From Nitrospirota bacterium (GTDB taxonomy: Bacteria; Nitrospirota; UBA9217), in the NCBI GenBank assembly GCA_963737155.1, contig CAVTRN010000002.1:2560001-2624000 (forward strand): a stretch of 64,000 nucleotides of DNA, given 5' to 3'. Under the pieces are notes generated by a model. The model searched no databases. It worked only from the letters and a program-made list of their open reading frames with translations, and was not told the origin of the DNA. Within the stretch, counting starts at the first letter, position 1. Each line of letters opens with the position of its first letter. A program made the position numbers and the translations under genes. Shown one piece after another: positions 50,186-60,785 of the stretch.

Positions 50186-51586
50186 ATGAAAACACCTTCT
50201 TCTGTTTCCGACGCACTCGACTTCCTGAATAACAGCAGAACCGCGCATCTGGATGCTCTGAAAGATCTTGTCCGTATCCCAAGCATCAGTTTCCCGGGCT
50301 TTGACCCTGCACCGGTGAGGCGCTGCGCCGAATCGGTTTCCTCTCTCCTGAAGGCATGCGGCCTAAATGATGTGCACCTGCTCGAAACCGGAACAGGCTA
50401 TCCATCAGTATTCGGGCAATGGACAGGAGCGCAGGGCAAGCCCACCATCCTCCTCTATGCTCATTACGATGTACAGCCCGTCGGCCGGGAGGAACTCTGG
50501 ATTTCGCCACCTTTTGAGCCGACCGTGCGAAACGGACGGCTTTACGGCCGTGGAACTTCCGATGACAAGGCAGGCGTAGTGATGCATGCGGTCGCGGTGC
50601 GTTCCTGTCTTGAAGGAGCGGGATCCCTTCCAATGAATGTCAAAATTCTGATCGAAGGCGAAGAAGAGGTGGGATCGACCAATCTCCATGAAATCCTTGA
50701 TAGGAGTCTTGGGCTTCTATCCGCTGATGCAGTGCTCATCGCCGACAGTGAAAATTTCGACAGTGGTATTCCGACACTTACAGCGTCGCTTCGCGGTATC
50801 GTGACGGTCAATGTCGAAGTCCGGGCGCTTGAATCAAGCGTGCATTCTGGAACCTGGGGCGGTCCTCTCCCCGATCCTGTTCAGGCCCTTTCACGTATGA
50901 TCGCCAGCCTGACCGACGAAGACGGGAGACCCGCCATCTCCGGACTATATGACAAGGTTCTAAAGCTCTCACCGCGTGACGCTGCCCAACTCAATACCCT
51001 GCCGTTCAACGAATCTCTCTTCCGGAAGCAGGCGAAGCTGCTAAACGGGGTACAGATTACAGGCGGTCACGGATCGATATACGAGAAAATGTGGTATTGC
51101 CCGTCTGTCGCAGTGAACGCGATCGAAGCAAGCAGCAGGAAACAGGCCGCGAATATCATTAATGACGTGGCATGGGCAAGAATCGGCATCAGGATCGTCC
51201 CCGATATGGATCCTGGCGAAACACTTGAACTGCTCATGAGTCACTTGAGAAAAAATGCACCTTGGGGTGTCCAAATAACCATGAAACCCGAAACACCATC
51301 ACCATGGTGGAAAACTGATACATCAGGGCCCGTGTTTGGGGCCGCATTGCGTTCTCTCGAACAGGGTTACAACGCAAAGCCTGTCGTCGTAGGAGCGGGC
51401 GGATCGATTCCCTTTGTACAGACGATCACCGATGCGCTCCACGAAGTTCCCGCCCTACTCTTCGGCGTCGGGGATCCTTACACAGCGGCACATTCGGAAA
51501 ATGAGAGCCTGCTCATCTCCGACTGGGAAAAGGGATGCCGGAGTCTCATACACCTGTTTACGGAGTTGGCGGGCGGGATCGATTGA
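50186..51586 (+). CDS. M20-family dipeptidase/deacylase
   Basis: YAHYDVQP, YGRGTSDDK, EGEEEVGS, GGSIP and AHSENE motifs; ATG at 50186 after GAGGA. Confidence 0.93.
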   Translation: MKTPSSVSDALDFLNNSRTAHLDALKDLVRIPSISFPGFDPAPVRRCAESVSSLLKACGLNDVHLLETGTGYPSVFGQWTGAQGKPTILLYAHYDVQPVGREELWISPPFEPTVRNGRLYGRGTSDDKAGVVMHAVAVRSCLEGAGSLPMNVKILIEGEEEVGSTNLHEILDRSLGLLSADAVLIADSENFDSGIPTLTASLRGIVTVNVEVRALESSVHSGTWGGPLPDPVQALSRMIASLTDEDGRPAISGLYDKVLKLSPRDAAQLNTLPFNESLFRKQAKLLNGVQITGGHGSIYEKMWYCPSVAVNAIEASSRKQAANIINDVAWARIGIRIVPDMDPGETLELLMSHLRKNAPWGVQITMKPETPSPWWKTDTSGPVFGAALRSLEQGYNAKPVVVGAGGSIPFVQTITDALHEVPALLFGVGDPYTAAHSENESLLISDWEKGCRSLIHLFTELAGGID

Positions 51587-51596
51587 TATCAAGCAC

Positions 51597-51881
51597 ACAT
51601 GGATGATGACTTCTTTTGTAATTCACCGCAGCCTGGAGAGTCCTGTAAGGACCGTCGTTAATACAGGTTATATGGCTGTTATAACCTTCCCGAACCTTAG
51701 GGCACCTACATTCATTTCCGAAGGACCTTGCATTTGGTGTGCTTCAATCGGTAGTTTGCTCTTAAGCCACCAATTCCATGCAGTTGTGGTATATTAAACC
51801 TTGTTTTTTTGCCAATACGCTTAAATTCATACATACGATATATGACTCATAATACTATATTGTAATGAATAATTATCAACC
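51597..51881 (-). mobile_element. Miniature, diverged relic of the same IS607 family (copy C)
   Basis: Minus strand: GGTTGA left end, a tnpA 5' fragment (MNLSVLAKKQG..TAWNWWLKSKLPIEA, ATG 51830), then AACGACGGTCCTTACAGGACTCTCCAGGCTGCG...CATCATCC matching the tnpB 3' region of copies A and B. Confidence 0.8.
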
Positions 51882-52583
51882 CTTTTCCTGCGATGCGGTG
51901 AACGCTTTATCCTCGATTTTAACGGGAATACGTGTCTCCGCATTTCTCAGAAAAACTGTCAAGGCATCTTTTTGCTTTTCCGCAAGATAGGTCTGTCTGA
52001 ACGTGTCCTTATCCTTTTCAAAATCACCGGGCTTCGCTTTTGGGTTTTCCCGTTGATAGGCGGAGCTGAGTTCGGCATCTTCCACCATCACGCTATCCCT
52101 GACAAGCTGCTCCATTTTCTGGCGAAGAATAAAATCTCGCTGATCGGCCTCGAATGCGGCCGGAGTCATGTTGACGCGTTCAAGAATTCTTTCATAGGTT
52201 TGTTTGTCGAACCTGCCGTTCTGTGAGAATCCAGGCATCTTCATGATGTTCGCCTGAAGTTCCCTGTCCGTAACCTGAAGCCCAAGATTTTTTGCTTCGT
52301 CGACGAAGATCTGGTTAACAATCAATTCCGTGAGAGCCTGGCTTCGCAGACTCTTTTCAACGGAATCATTGAACTTGTCTTTCAGCGCATCCTTGTACGT
52401 ATCGTACAAATTCTGGTAGACACGGTTCACGTCATCATTGGTAATGACGACCCCGCCCACTTTCGCCACCGCTTTTCCTCCCACGGACGACGGATAGATT
52501 CCGAAAAAAAGAAAGGTAACGGTAACCAGTCCGACGATTACCCACATCATCCAGCCCATGTGTTTCCGAATCCATTCAATCAT
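51876..52583 (-). CDS. SurA N-terminal-domain (PpiD-like) membrane-anchored chaperone
   Basis: MIEWIRKH, TM helix, VAKVGG..IT and GL.VTDREL...F...GRFD...Y pattern. Confidence 0.88.
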   Translation of the reverse strand: MIEWIRKHMGWMMWVIVGLVTVTFLFFGIYPSSVGGKAVAKVGGVVITNDDVNRVYQNLYDTYKDALKDKFNDSVEKSLRSQALTELIVNQIFVDEAKNLGLQVTDRELQANIMKMPGFSQNGRFDKQTYERILERVNMTPAAFEADQRDFILRQKMEQLVRDSVMVEDAELSSAYQRENPKAKPGDFEKDKDTFRQTYLAEKQKDALTVFLRNAETRIPVKIEDKAFTASQEKG

Positions 52584-52636
52584 TGCCTGTCCCCCTACCT
52601 GTATTTTAAAAATTATTTTGGAAATGCCGCATATGC

Positions 52637-54067
52637 TTACGCACTCAGCTTTTTTTTGAGCAAGTGGTTAACCATATCAGGGTTCGCTTTTCCCTTGCTC
52701 GCCTTCATGACCTGGCCGACAAAGAAGCCGAACAGTTTTTCCTTCCCTGATCGGTACTCGGAGGCCTGGACGGGGTTGGCTTTGATCACGTCATCAATGA
52801 TCTTTTCAATCTCGCCCGTATCCGATACTTGCACCAACCCCTGCTCTTTTACGACGGTATCCGCGTCTTTTCCGGTTTTGTACATCTCTTCGAAAACGGT
52901 CTTTGCCATCTTGGTACTGATCACGCTATCGCTTATCAACTTGACCATACCGGCGAGCTTGCCCGGATTGATCGGACAGTCCTCAATTTCCTTATTGTCC
53001 GCGTTCAGCAGCCGCATCAACTCGCCCATCATCCAGTTCGAGACAACTTTGGGATGGCCGGACAATTTTGCTGCTTCTTCGTAATAGGCTGCCATGCTCC
53101 TGCTCTGCGTGAGCATGTCGGCGTCATATTCCGGAAGTCCGTATTCCTTGACAAACCGCTCGCGTTTGGCATCGGGCAGCTCAGGAATGGTCTTACTGAT
53201 GCTCACAATTATGTCCGGAGCAACGACGATCGGGACGAGATCGGGTTCTGGGAAATAACGGTAGTCGTGCGCCTCTTCCTTGCTGCGCATGGAGAAAGTG
53301 GCCCCTTTCGATGAGTCGAACAGTCGGGTCTCCTGTACAACCTTGTTGCCATCATCAAGAACCTGCGCCTGGCGCTTGATCTCATACTCGATCGCTTTCT
53401 GAACATATTTGAAGGAATTCACATTCTTAATTTCCGCCCGTGTGCCGAATTCCTTGGCTCCCACAGGACGAATGGAGACGTTCGCGTCGCACCGGAAATT
53501 CCCCTTTTCCATGTCTGCATCGGAGACTTCGATATATCGCAGGATGGAGCGGAGTTTTTTGAGGTATTCCGATGCTTCCTCGGGTGTGCGGATATCGGGC
53601 TCGGATACAATCTCCATGAGCGGCGTACCAGCACGGTTTAGATCCACGAGGCTCGACCCTGCTTCCGATGTATGAAGGTTTTTTCCCGCATCCTCTTCAA
53701 GATGAATGCGCGTCAGCCTGATCCGTTTGACCGCGCTGTCGACGACGATCTCGACGTAACCGTGTTCGCAAACCGGGAGTTCGTACTGGGAGATCTGGTA
53801 GCCTTTGGGAAGATCGGGGTAAAAATAGTTTTTGCGCGCGAACCGGCTGTAAGGACTGATCGTGCAGTGCGTGGCTAACCCTGTCTTGACAACATATTCC
53901 ACTGCTTTTTTATTCAGCACGGGCAGCACTCCGGGCATGCCGATGCAGATCGGACAGGTTCGCGTGTTCGCGTCATCCCCAAAGCAGGTTTCACACCCGC
54001 AGAAAATTTTAGTCTTCGTCTGGAGTTGGGCATGAACTTCAAGCCCTATGACTGCCTCATATTTCAT
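52637..54067 (-). CDS. gatB: Asp/Glu-tRNA amidotransferase subunit B
   Basis: [26 protein letters not shown] and [10 protein letters not shown] motifs. Confidence 0.98.
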   Translation of the reverse strand: MKYEAVIGLEVHAQLQTKTKIFCGCETCFGDDANTRTCPICIGMPGVLPVLNKKAVEYVVKTGLATHCTISPYSRFARKNYFYPDLPKGYQISQYELPVCEHGYVEIVVDSAVKRIRLTRIHLEEDAGKNLHTSEAGSSLVDLNRAGTPLMEIVSEPDIRTPEEASEYLKKLRSILRYIEVSDADMEKGNFRCDANVSIRPVGAKEFGTRAEIKNVNSFKYVQKAIEYEIKRQAQVLDDGNKVVQETRLFDSSKGATFSMRSKEEAHDYRYFPEPDLVPIVVAPDIIVSISKTIPELPDAKRERFVKEYGLPEYDADMLTQSRSMAAYYEEAAKLSGHPKVVSNWMMGELMRLLNADNKEIEDCPINPGKLAGMVKLISDSVISTKMAKTVFEEMYKTGKDADTVVKEQGLVQVSDTGEIEKIIDDVIKANPVQASEYRSGKEKLFGFFVGQVMKASKGKANPDMVNHLLKKKLSA

Positions 54068-54116
54068 GATTATTCCTCACTGATTTAATATCTTCCGCTG
54101 TCTCTTGCCCCTTCCC

Positions 54117-55577
54117 TTACAGCCTCGCTCTCTTGGTATGCCATTCTGTTGCCTGTTCATAGGCGTAGGCCGCATGGAGGATCATTTCTTCGTCAAAGTG
54201 CTTCCCGAGCAGTTGAAGGCCAATAGGCAGATTCGACTTCGTGAACCCGCAAGGAATAGAGATGCCCGGGATGCCCGCTAGGTTCACGCTGATTGTGAAG
54301 ATATCGAACAGGTACATCTGGAGCGGGTCAGCGGACTTTTCTCCGATTTTAAATGCCGCTGTCGGTGCCGTAGGCGTTGCGATGACGTCCACGGTCTTGA
54401 AAGCCTCGTCGAAATCACGTTTGATTAATGTCCGGACCTGCTGTCCTTTTTTGTAATAAGCATCGTAGTATCCCGCCGAAAGGGCATAGGTACCGAGCAT
54501 TATCCTGCGTTTTACCTCTGGACCGAAGCCCTTGCTGCGTGATTTCATGTACATGTCCAGAAGATCTTTGGCTCCCTCGGCGCGGAACCCGTACTTGACT
54601 CCGTCATAACGGGCGAGATTTGAGCTTGCTTCGGACGTTGCCAGAACATAGTACGTGGCCACGGCATAGTCCGTATGGGGAAGTGAAACTTCAGTCACAA
54701 TGGCGCCAAGTCCTTCAAGAGTTTTCACAGCATCCTTGACCGCCTTTTCCACTTCCGGGTCCATCCCATCGATAAAGTATTCCTTTGGCAGGCCGATTTT
54801 CATGCCTTTTACGTCTTTTTTGAGTCCCCGTGTAAAATCCGGGGCCGTTATTTTTGCCGATGTCGAATCTCTGACGTCGTGGCCCGAGATCACATTCATA
54901 AGCAAAGCGGAATCAGTCACATCCTTGGTAATAGGGCCGATCTGGTCCAGGGACGATGCAAACGCTACAAGCCCGTAGCGAGATACCCTTCCGTACGTTG
55001 GTTTGAGACCGACGACCCCGCAGCATGCCGCAGGCTGCCGGATTGAACCACCCGTATCCGAGCCAAGCGCGGCAATACATTCTCCCGCAGCGACCGCTGC
55101 TGCCGATCCCCCACTCGATCCGCCGGGGATCCGTTCCAGGTCCCAAGGATTTTTCGTAATGAAGAATCCCGAATTTTCCGTCGATGACCCCATGGCAAAT
55201 TCATCCATGTTCGGCTTGCCGCAGAGCACATAGCCCGCTTTCTTGAGTTTAGCAACCACAGTTGCATCATAGGGTGGCACGAAGTTCCCGAGAATGTTCG
55301 ACGCGCAGGTGGTTTTAATACCGTCGGTGCACATATTATCCTTCACGGCAAGCGGGATGCCAAGAAGTGGAGATATGACACCTCCCAACTTGATCCGCTT
55401 GTCCGCCTCCTGAGCCTGCAAACGAGCCTCTTCCGCCGTGACCGTGATGAAGGCATTGACTTTTTCGTCTACCGATTTTATCCTGCTGAGAACCGATTCG
55501 GTGACAGCAAGTGCCGTTGTCTCACCTTTCATGAGCATGTTGTGCAGTTCATGTATCGTCAGCTGATAGTACTCCAT
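54117..55577 (-). CDS. gatA: Asp/Glu-tRNA amidotransferase subunit A
   Basis: [18 protein letters not shown] and [12 protein letters not shown] motifs. Confidence 0.98.
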   Translation of the reverse strand: MEYYQLTIHELHNMLMKGETTALAVTESVLSRIKSVDEKVNAFITVTAEEARLQAQEADKRIKLGGVISPLLGIPLAVKDNMCTDGIKTTCASNILGNFVPPYDATVVAKLKKAGYVLCGKPNMDEFAMGSSTENSGFFITKNPWDLERIPGGSSGGSAAAVAAGECIAALGSDTGGSIRQPAACCGVVGLKPTYGRVSRYGLVAFASSLDQIGPITKDVTDSALLMNVISGHDVRDSTSAKITAPDFTRGLKKDVKGMKIGLPKEYFIDGMDPEVEKAVKDAVKTLEGLGAIVTEVSLPHTDYAVATYYVLATSEASSNLARYDGVKYGFRAEGAKDLLDMYMKSRSKGFGPEVKRRIMLGTYALSAGYYDAYYKKGQQVRTLIKRDFDEAFKTVDVIATPTAPTAAFKIGEKSADPLQMYLFDIFTISVNLAGIPGISIPCGFTKSNLPIGLQLLGKHFDEEMILHAAYAYEQATEWHTKRARL

Positions 55578-55930
55578 TATTTTCCTCGCATCCTGTTGTT
55601 TTCATCCACAAGGATGATCTTGGGTTTAAAAGTTTGCAGCTCTTCTTCGTTGAAGTACTCGTAACAGAAAACAATGACCTTGTCTCCTTTAACACCTTTT
55701 CTCGCTGTCGGGCCATTCAGCACCATCTCGCCCGCTCCGGTTTTTCCAGGGATTACATAGGTCTCAAAGCGCTCTCCATTATTGAGGTTGGAAACGCTCA
55801 CCTGTTCGTAAGGAAGAATGCCCGCCGCCTCAAGAAGTAGGGGATCGATGGTCAGACTTCCCTCATACTCGAGATTTGAGTCCGTAACGGTTGCACGGTG
55901 GATTTTTGATCGAAGCATCAATCTGAACAT
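55577..55930 (-). CDS. panD: Aspartate 1-decarboxylase
   Basis: [17 protein letters not shown] cleavage site and NGERFETY motif. Confidence 0.97.
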   Translation of the reverse strand: MFRLMLRSKIHRATVTDSNLEYEGSLTIDPLLLEAAGILPYEQVSVSNLNNGERFETYVIPGKTGAGEMVLNGPTARKGVKGDKVIVFCYEYFNEEELQTFKPKIILVDENNRMRGK

Positions 55931-56038
55931 TGCTCTCCTTCAATGACTGCCGGATCAGGGATCAAGTGAGTAATGATAATATTTTCCAGAATTCCAAATT
56001 TCAAATGTTTAACTACTCACGGCCTTGCCGCTTTCCCA

Positions 56039-56326
56039 TTATTCTATTATTTTGGGCACTTTATAGAACCCTGTGACCTTGTCCGGCGCATTTGCCAGGG
56101 CCCGCTCCTGCGGCAGACTTTCCTCGGGAGTATCATCTCGCATAACATTGGTGATGTCCAGAACGTGAGATGTGGGCGCCACGTTCTTTGTATCTAGTTG
56201 ATTCAGCTTTTCAAAATGTGTCAGAATATTGGAAAGCTGATCGGTCAGCATCTCCTTTTCCCGCTCCGACAATTCCAGACGGGCGAGTTTCGCAACATGT
56301 TCAACTTCCTGTCTCGTGATCTTCAT
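56039..56326 (-). CDS. gatC: Asp/Glu-tRNA amidotransferase subunit C
   Basis: EVEHVAKLARL...NVMRDD...NAP...FYKVPKII pattern. Confidence 0.97.
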   Translation of the reverse strand: MKITRQEVEHVAKLARLELSEREKEMLTDQLSNILTHFEKLNQLDTKNVAPTSHVLDITNVMRDDTPEESLPQERALANAPDKVTGFYKVPKIIE

Positions 56327-56378
56327 AATTCCTCATCGTCCCTTGTCTACTGCCTGCTGTATACAGTCTGCTCAGCAA

Positions 56379-58601
56379 TTATATTACTTCAAGATTCGCG
56401 TATTTTACAGCTAGCGTCTTTACGCCATAGCCGGGAAAGCTCACACTAATCTTCAACTCGTCCCCCACCCCTTCTGATCGCTGCACCGTGCCGAGGCCGA
56501 ACTTGGCATGCCGCACCACTGCGCCTTTATAGTACCGGCCACCGGAGCCGGATGTTACCGACTGAACAGGTTTTATGAAAATAGTTCCCTTCTGAACTGT
56601 CTCGCATGAACTGTCTTCCCATGATATCCTCTGACCCCGATAATGAGTCTGTGCTGCCTCCATGCCGATAAATTCAATGGCATCACCAGGGACTTCCTGC
56701 ACGAACCGCGACATCAGATTGGCCTGCGGGTAACCGTACAGTCTCCGCTCCATAGCATAGGTCAGGATAAGTTTTTCCTTGGCCCTTGTGATCCCCACAT
56801 AGCAGAGCCGTCGCTCTTCCTCCAGATCCCCCTCGCTTTCCGCGGAACGGGAATGGGGGAACAATCCCTCTTCCATACCCACCATGAAAACCACATCGAA
56901 TTCGAGACCCTTAGCGTTATGTAACGTCATGAGTGTCACAAAATCGTTGTTTCCCCGACCGCTGTCAGCCGCAGTCTGCTGCTCAAGGTCCGTAATGAGC
57001 GCCACCTGGTCCAGGAACGCCGAGAGCAAAGCGTCGCGGTTTTGCTCCTGAAAATCCTCAGTGGCCGTCAGTAGCTCATTCAGATTTTCCATCCTGATTC
57101 GTGACTCAACGGTTTTCTCTTGCTCAAGCGCAGTGATATAGCCGGATTCATAGATCACCCGTTTGACAAGATCGGTTATGGTTGATGTCCCAAGCTCAGT
57201 GCGCATGTGCTCTATCATACCGGTGAATTCACGAAGCTTCCTTTTGGCCGATGGCGTGACGTCGGCATTCTCCGCATTCATCGCGGACTCGTACAGCGTG
57301 ATACCCTCCTGAGCCGCGACACGCTCAAGTTTGTCGACAGTCGTGTCGCCGATTCCGCGGGCTGGGACGTTGATGATCCGGCGGAGGCTGACTATATCCG
57401 CGGGGTTCTGCAAGACCCGCAGATAAGCGATGATATCCTTGATTTCCTTGCGGTCGTAGAATCGCAGACCGCCGAATATCCGGTATGGAATTCCCCAGTT
57501 TCTAAGTGCGTCTTCAAGAGCCCGTGACTGGGCGTTCGTGCGATAGAGTACAGCAAGCTCGTGCAAACTCCGGCCCCCGTCCACTTCTTGCTGAATGGTC
57601 CGGCAGATGAAGCGAGCCTCATCCTTTTCGTCCAACGCCTTATAGCACAGGATCTTGTCTCCGATACGCTTTTGCGTCCAGAGTTCCTTCGGCTTTCGAC
57701 CGAGGTTTCGGGTCACCACGGCCCCAGCTGCGCCTAAGATATTCCCCGTGGAGCGGTAGTTCTGTTCAAGCTTGATGACCCTGGCTTCGGGGTAGTCTTT
57801 TTCGAAATTCAGGATGTTCGTGATGTCCGCTCCGCGAAAACGGTAAATGCTCTGGTCGTCGTCGCCCACAACACAGAGGTTCTTTCGCCCTGCGGTTAAT
57901 AGCCGCACCAAGCGGTACTGGGCATGATTCGTATCCTGGTACTCGTCAATCAGAATATGCTGGAACAGCCCCTGGTAATACCGGAGCACATCTTGCTGAC
58001 GCTCGAAGAGCCTCACTGTAATCATAAGCAGATCGTCGAAATCCAAGCCACCTGCTTCCCTGAGTTTGTCCTGATACAGCGAATAGACTCGACCGACCGC
58101 TTCATCAAACCCGTAATGAGAGCTTGTTTTCTGGAATTGCTCGGCATCCGTCAGATTGTTCTTGAGCACACTGATCCGCGCGTTAATCGCGCGGGGCTGG
58201 TACCGATCCGATTCAATCCGCAAATCAGTCATGCAGGCCCTGATGAGCGACGATCGGTCCGTTTCGTCATAGATCACGAAGGAACGCTTATAACCCAGCG
58301 CCATGATGTGCTGGCGCAGGATCCGGACACAGGAGGAGTGGAACGTGCTGATCCAGAGCCGATTGAGCGGGATATCAAGCAGCCGCTCAACACGCTCCCT
58401 CATTTCATTCGCCGCCTTGTTCGTGAAGGTGACGGCAAGAATGTTGCCTGGCTCGACGCCGCGTTGGCGGATCAGGTGTGCGATCCTGCTCGTAATCACC
58501 CGTGTTTTGCCGCTACCCGCACCAGCCAGTATCAGCAGTGGTCCATCCCCGTGCAGCACAGCCTCCTGTTGAGGCGAATTTAAGTTTTCAAGATAGTTCA
58601 T
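56379..58601 (-). CDS. pcrA: PcrA/UvrD ATP-dependent DNA helicase
   Basis: LAGAGSGKT, DEYQDTN, LEQNYRST and EEERRLCYVGITRA motifs; C-terminal H.KFG.G domain. Confidence 0.96.
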   Translation of the reverse strand: MNYLENLNSPQQEAVLHGDGPLLILAGAGSGKTRVITSRIAHLIRQRGVEPGNILAVTFTNKAANEMRERVERLLDIPLNRLWISTFHSSCVRILRQHIMALGYKRSFVIYDETDRSSLIRACMTDLRIESDRYQPRAINARISVLKNNLTDAEQFQKTSSHYGFDEAVGRVYSLYQDKLREAGGLDFDDLLMITVRLFERQQDVLRYYQGLFQHILIDEYQDTNHAQYRLVRLLTAGRKNLCVVGDDDQSIYRFRGADITNILNFEKDYPEARVIKLEQNYRSTGNILGAAGAVVTRNLGRKPKELWTQKRIGDKILCYKALDEKDEARFICRTIQQEVDGGRSLHELAVLYRTNAQSRALEDALRNWGIPYRIFGGLRFYDRKEIKDIIAYLRVLQNPADIVSLRRIINVPARGIGDTTVDKLERVAAQEGITLYESAMNAENADVTPSAKRKLREFTGMIEHMRTELGTSTITDLVKRVIYESGYITALEQEKTVESRIRMENLNELLTATEDFQEQNRDALLSAFLDQVALITDLEQQTAADSGRGNNDFVTLMTLHNAKGLEFDVVFMVGMEEGLFPHSRSAESEGDLEEERRLCYVGITRAKEKLILTYAMERRLYGYPQANLMSRFVQEVPGDAIEFIGMEAAQTHYRGQRISWEDSSCETVQKGTIFIKPVQSVTSGSGGRYYKGAVVRHAKFGLGTVQRSEGVGDELKISVSFPGYGVKTLAVKYANLEVI

Positions 58602-59074
58602 GGTAATTCAGGGAGCGCATTGAAATTTTTGTATTTTACAGAACAACCTGGGAAATTGCAAGATGAGTTTTAGCAACCGGGGACCGTTCCCTGCTGCGTT
58701 CCGACGCAGGTAAAAAAGGAATGATTAATGATCTAATCTTGTGCTATAGTAATGTTCATGATAGCCCGAATAACAGCGTTTCTAGCAGTTCTAATGTTGA
58801 TGGCCTCCACAAGCCGTGCCTTCTTCCAGCAACCTCCCTTCAAATCCATCTCTGTTTCACAACGGTGCTTAGTAACCTCAATGTGGCTGCGGAACCGGCA
58901 GGCGAAAGTCTAACCTCATGCTCTATTATATATATAACGGGGTTTTACGGTGCAGAAGGATAATCTAGCAGGGAAAATGATGTTGGTGAAGTCCAGGCGG
59001 AAATTACTACATGGGGAGTAGGAAAATAGCGATGCATTGTTTAGGGAAAAAGCAGGATGACGTGGCGACGAATC

Positions 59075-59317
59075 TCAGCCCTTAGCGGCCTTCAGAAGCT
59101 TTTCGAGTTTCTCGACGCCCACGCATTCCTTGGCAAAAGCGCACCACTCGATACAGGATGTGCCAATTGGACGGGAATTCAGGTGCCCGCACTTCTTGCA
59201 TTGCGTCTCTGGCTCGTCGGTCCATATTTCGACTTTCTCTCCGCACTTCTGGCAGCGGATATCTTCGGGCTTGGGCGTCCGAATCTCTGCACTTCCTGGG
59301 CAACCTTCCTTAAACAT
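59075..59317 (-). CDS. Small 8-Cys metal-binding protein
   Basis: CPG...CQKCG..VEIWTDE...CKKCG...SCIEWCAFAKEC pattern. Confidence 0.75.
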   Translation of the reverse strand: MFKEGCPGSAEIRTPKPEDIRCQKCGEKVEIWTDEPETQCKKCGHLNSRPIGTSCIEWCAFAKECVGVEKLEKLLKAAKG

Positions 59318-59705
59318 GTGGACAGTATACTCCCTGAGAAAAAAAAGATCAATGATTCACATCATATCCAACGCTTTTATTATCCTTCCCCCACTTTCTT
59401 CTCCTGCAAAAAAACCTCGCTAAAACAGCATGATATGGACATCGAAATGTTGGTGATTCCACACCCTGCCATGGTATGCCAACTTGATTATGTGACGAGA
59501 CTCCAGAATCATCTGCCTTCTGGTGATAGCATGTCCGGCGGCCTTTGCGGCGGGAGGGAGTAAATTTGTGAGATGGCGCGTAAACGGCGCCTAGGAAAGA
59601 TACAATTTTCCCCCTCTGCAATGACAAATTGTCTTGAATTTGCTTTAATAGATATCTATAATACGGAACCAAGCTGCCAACTCGTTTCAGGAAGTGGGGT
59701 AGAAT

Positions 59706-60320
59706 ATGGCATTAAAAAAAGGCGCAACGAAGAAAAAAACGGCTAAAAATTCTGTGAAAAGAAAACCTGCGGCAAAAAAAGCAGCAAAAAAAGCTGTCTC
59801 AAGTTTGAAAAAGGCATCAGGGAGAAAAGCGGCCAAAATATCGGTCAAGAAGCAGGCTACGAAAAAAACCTATTCCGCGGCTCCTTCCAAGACAGCGGCG
59901 CCAAAACCTGCCAAGTTGTCCCCGGCTGTGCAGAAGCGCCATGAACTGCTGAAAAAGATCCTTCTGAAAAAGCGGAACGAGGTTGTAGATGGGTTGGAAG
60001 CGCAGATGGGCCGTCGACTTATGCGTGAACCGGGACAAAAAATAGATTCTGCCATGGACAGCGCCGACCAGTCTGTGCTCGATATAGATCAGGGAATCGA
60101 TTCTTCTCTCCTAGAGATGAAATACGAACAGTACAAGGACATCGCAGACGCTTTCCGTAAGCTCCAGAATAATACATTCGGTCTTTGTGAGGAATGCGGC
60201 GAAGAGATCGATATAAAACGGCTTCAGGTCAATCCTCTGGCTCGATACTGCATAAGCTGCAAGACGAAAAAAGAGGAAATGGAACGCATACAGAAAGAGG
60301 AAACACGGTTCAAGGAATAG
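59706..60320 (+). CDS. DksA/TraR-family C4 zinc-finger protein with a Lys/Ala-rich N-terminus
   Basis: DSAD coiled-coil tip, FGLCEECGEEI..KRL..NP.ARYCISCK; histone-H1-like KKAAKK N-terminus. Confidence 0.9.
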   Translation: MALKKGATKKKTAKNSVKRKPAAKKAAKKAVSSLKKASGRKAAKISVKKQATKKTYSAAPSKTAAPKPAKLSPAVQKRHELLKKILLKKRNEVVDGLEAQMGRRLMREPGQKIDSAMDSADQSVLDIDQGIDSSLLEMKYEQYKDIADAFRKLQNNTFGLCEECGEEIDIKRLQVNPLARYCISCKTKKEEMERIQKEETRFKE

Positions 60321-60419
60321 ATAGACCGGCGGGATGACTTTCAACCCGTCCCTGACCCCTGCCATGTTTCCCTTGACAAAAAGGCGGCAATAAAGTATCG
60401 TATGCCTCTAAATTTTCGG

Positions 60420-60495
60420 GGCGGTGTAGCTCAGCTGGTAGAGCAGGGGAATCATAATCCCTGTGTCCGGGGTTCGAGTCCCTGCACCGCCACCA
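60420..60495 (+). tRNA. tRNA-Met(CAT), probably elongator
   Basis: GGCGGTG/CACCGCC acceptor stem with paired G1-C72, anticodon loop ATCATAA, GTTCGAG, CCA; TTGACA-17-TATCGT promoter at 60373. Confidence 0.93.
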
Positions 60496-60785
60496 TTTTT
60501 TCCCTTCCTTCATCTCATCGCAAACCTTCGGTTTGACATCTTCCCCGGCCTTGAAGACCGAGGATTCCCGAATCAGCGCTATTGCTGCTAAAAGTCGCTG
60601 CTGATTCTATTCAGATGCGTCAGGGATGTCTGCCACATCCGCTGTATTTAACATACAAGGCGAAAATCTAACCGTGTGTATCGTGGCCTCTGCGTTTGCA
60701 ACCAATGCGGCGCCGTAAGTAACAGAAGCATGAAGCCAAAATCCTCGGCCTGAAGGCCGCGGTGGATGTCAAAGATGAAACAACC

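Noticed and set aside
60420-60495. tRNA-Ile2(CAT), suggested by its adjacency to tilS
   Set aside because: The acceptor stem GGCGGTG resembles elongator tRNA-Met and lacks the C4/C5 pattern typical of TilS substrates. Not fully excluded without an isotype model.
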